Position numbers and translations under genes: made by a program
The notes under the pieces: model-generated
The model's input: the letters and a program-made list of their open reading frames with translations, nothing else
Database searches by the model: none
Told to the model about the DNA's origin: nothing
IMG/VR virus record: IMGVR_UViG_3300037499_000222
Coordinates: 1 to 27,393 of that record
Origin: a virus
Taxonomy: Duplodnaviria > Caudoviricetes
DNA length: 27,393 nt
Direction: 5' to 3' (one strand)
Shown: positions 25,539-27,393 of the stretch, one piece after another
Layout: the number at the start of each line of letters is the position of its first letter
Numbering within the stretch: the first letter of the stretch is position 1

Positions 25539-26728
25539 TGGCTGATAATGCTGCTGTACGCAGGATTGGACGGAGTCTCCAGAAGGCGGACAGACGCCAG
25601 GAGTTGGACCGTGGGCAGTGGGCCACACTCGACAAGATCGACTACGACATTGTGGTGGAAGGGAGAGGCGAAGCTGAGGCAGGGCCATTCTGGTTCGGGC
25701 GGGCGTTCGACGTTCCTCCGTTCTTTACGTTCTCGGCGGTGGCACGAGGCGCGAACACGGGGGTAGCCACACAAATAACAATCGGCGTCGCTGAATGGTT
25801 GCAGGACGAGCAGGCCATGTATGTGGGAGCCATGCTCTGGTTCGTATTCGATGCATGTTGGGAGCCGTTTCCTACAGGACTGGTTATCGATGAAGATTTC
25901 GAAGATCACAACAAGGCGTATCTAGCTGGACCGAAGGGGAAAAAGGTTGCCATATCCGAACCAGGGACGACCTTTTTCAAAGTGATTCCACGAGGAGACA
26001 TCTCACCTTTTCACATGATCAATACCGTACTGCCGGATGATAACGAACGGACATACTGGCTACTCAGCAATGCGGCACCAGCAGGTGGATCATGGCACCT
26101 ACGCCAAGTCCAACAGTCGCTCCCCGTCTCAACCGGTGTGTCAATAGGCTCTGTTATTGTCGGGACAGTCATTCCATGTGCGGCTTTTAGCCTACCTCTC
26201 ATACGGGTTCTACCTGGTATGACAGTCAAGATGCGGGCCAACGCCAAAGTGAATGACACCTACGACCAGATCTCGTATCAGTTTGGTTTTGGTGTTGACT
26301 TCTTTGATGAGAATGCTGTTTTTATTGGTAATTCAGGACTGGTCATGTCAACCCGTAACGGTCAGGATACTTTCTCTAAAACACACCTATTCACCAGTTA
26401 TTCGAAATATGAGGCGATCTGGCGACTCATCCCTTATGGGGGGTTTGACGAAAACACTGAAGTCAATTGGCCCACCAACAATAATGACATCAGGTACATC
26501 CAACTAAGGTTACGTGTCGGATGGAATCCTCTTCCGAATCTGTTCCCATACCCTGAACTGATCTTTGATGTGGACGACATCGAAGTCGAACTGGTCGGCC
26601 CAGCCCAGACCGTGAGTGCTCCAATTTTTGATGTGGCCCTCAACTTCGGTGGTCAAGTGCTCCGCGGCTACAGCGGCGTCCATCCCTTACGTTCGTACGA
26701 AGCTCCAGTGAAAGTGTTGCTCTCATGA
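25538..26728 (+). CDS. minor tail protein / putative receptor-binding protein
   Basis: TGATG coupling; N- and C-termini paralogous to the next gene; AT-richer central domain bounded by DEDFE and FDVDDIEV. Confidence 0.65.
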   Translation: MADNAAVRRIGRSLQKADRRQELDRGQWATLDKIDYDIVVEGRGEAEAGPFWFGRAFDVPPFFTFSAVARGANTGVATQITIGVAEWLQDEQAMYVGAMLWFVFDACWEPFPTGLVIDEDFEDHNKAYLAGPKGKKVAISEPGTTFFKVIPRGDISPFHMINTVLPDDNERTYWLLSNAAPAGGSWHLRQVQQSLPVSTGVSIGSVIVGTVIPCAAFSLPLIRVLPGMTVKMRANAKVNDTYDQISYQFGFGVDFFDENAVFIGNSGLVMSTRNGQDTFSKTHLFTSYSKYEAIWRLIPYGGFDENTEVNWPTNNNDIRYIQLRLRVGWNPLPNLFPYPELIFDVDDIEVELVGPAQTVSAPIFDVALNFGGQVLRGYSGVHPLRSYEAPVKVLLS

Positions 26729-27153
26729 CAAGCCGAGTAGGTAAAACGTATCCGAGTATTCGTCGCGCTGGGCAACAGATAGATCTCGATCGGGGCACAT
26801 GGGCTGGGGAGAGTCTCCTCATCCTGTCGTATGACACTGTCGGAGCGGGCGTCATCGAAACGGAGCTTCTCGACTTTGGTCTCGTCTTCGAAGGGCCACC
26901 CTTCTTCTCCTACGGTGTGGAACTCCAGCCGGGGCATGTTCTCGTCGCAAACGACTTTCCTCTAGTAACGGCAGGAGTCAAAGAGTGGAAGATCACTGAG
27001 GTGGAAGCCGACTCGCAGGCTACACCTTTCTATCTGGGGGCATTCCTCTGGATCAGCATCGAAGCCAACACTGCGTATCATCTCCGATTTCGTCTTTCGT
27101 TCGAAGGAATAACGATGCGCAATGTAGAGTACATCCGAGGTCTCAGTGGCTAG
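26725..27153 (+). CDS. minor tail protein
   Basis: 142 aa, ATGA overlap, paralog of the upstream gene's core. Confidence 0.65.
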   Translation: MTSRVGKTYPSIRRAGQQIDLDRGTWAGESLLILSYDTVGAGVIETELLDFGLVFEGPPFFSYGVELQPGHVLVANDFPLVTAGVKEWKITEVEADSQATPFYLGAFLWISIEANTAYHLRFRLSFEGITMRNVEYIRGLSG

Positions 27154-27393
27154 AACACAACATTTCGGTTTGAATAAGTTCGGCGCGGAAGGTCGTCTCT
27201 CAGATGAGGGCTACAAATACACACTGCGCGACCGTGACCTGATAGACGCTCTCATCCACAGCCTGACGGTCCACAACCACCAGGCACCCAGTGTGGCAAC
27301 CAGCCTGGCAGGCCCGCCAGCCAGCGTATATCTCGACCTCACTCTCAACACGACAGGCGGGAACCTCCTTGCCGGTCGAGACTACTACTACAA
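27146..27393 (+). CDS. 5' end of a tail fibre/minor tail protein (partial)
   Basis: GAGGT RBS, GTG at 27146, open to the window end: MARTQHFGLNKFGAEG...TTGGNLLAGRDYYY. Confidence 0.65.
   Translation, partial: MARTQHFGLNKFGAEGRLSDEGYKYTLRDRDLIDALIHSLTVHNHQAPSVATSLAGPPASVYLDLTLNTTGGNLLAGRDYYY

Noticed and set aside
25860-26615. Diversity-generating retroelement target in the putative receptor-binding gene
   Set aside because: No template/variable repeat pair or reverse transcriptase visible in this window
959-26701. Dispersed TTCGTACGAA repeats as CRISPR repeats or att sites
   Set aside because: Too short, irregularly spaced, and no cas or recombinase gene in the window

Overview
This window is a roughly 27 kb segment of a tailed dsDNA phage or prophage with siphovirus architecture and about 58-60% GC (estimated by eye). 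The host is probably an actinobacterium, inferred from leaderless promoters, GC content and an M15 peptidase. Nearly all genes lie on the + strand. The left 4.8 kb holds small accessory and regulatory genes: Zn-ribbon proteins, an HNH nuclease followed by a structured intergenic region, a LexA-type DNA-binding-domain-only regulator, a degenerate GT2-like protein, a candidate small terminase and a 30-aa membrane peptide. A complete head-and-tail module follows: TerL, portal, prohead protease, scaffold, decoration protein, major capsid, neck proteins, major tail protein, tail chaperones with a -1 frameshift, an 1801-aa tape measure, Dit, a Tal with a carbohydrate-binding-like insert and a C-terminal M15 peptidase, and minor tail proteins. 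The most notable unexplained signal is a palindrome TTCG(T/C)A(C/G)GAA, extended form GTTCG-YA-CGAAC, which resembles an everted Gram-positive SOS box. It occurs 5 times perfectly and about 9 times degenerately, mostly beside -10 boxes or RBSs, including two copies upstream of the LexA-like gene. This suggests a phage-encoded operator network over morphogenesis genes. All product calls come from motif recognition and gene order; no database searches were run.
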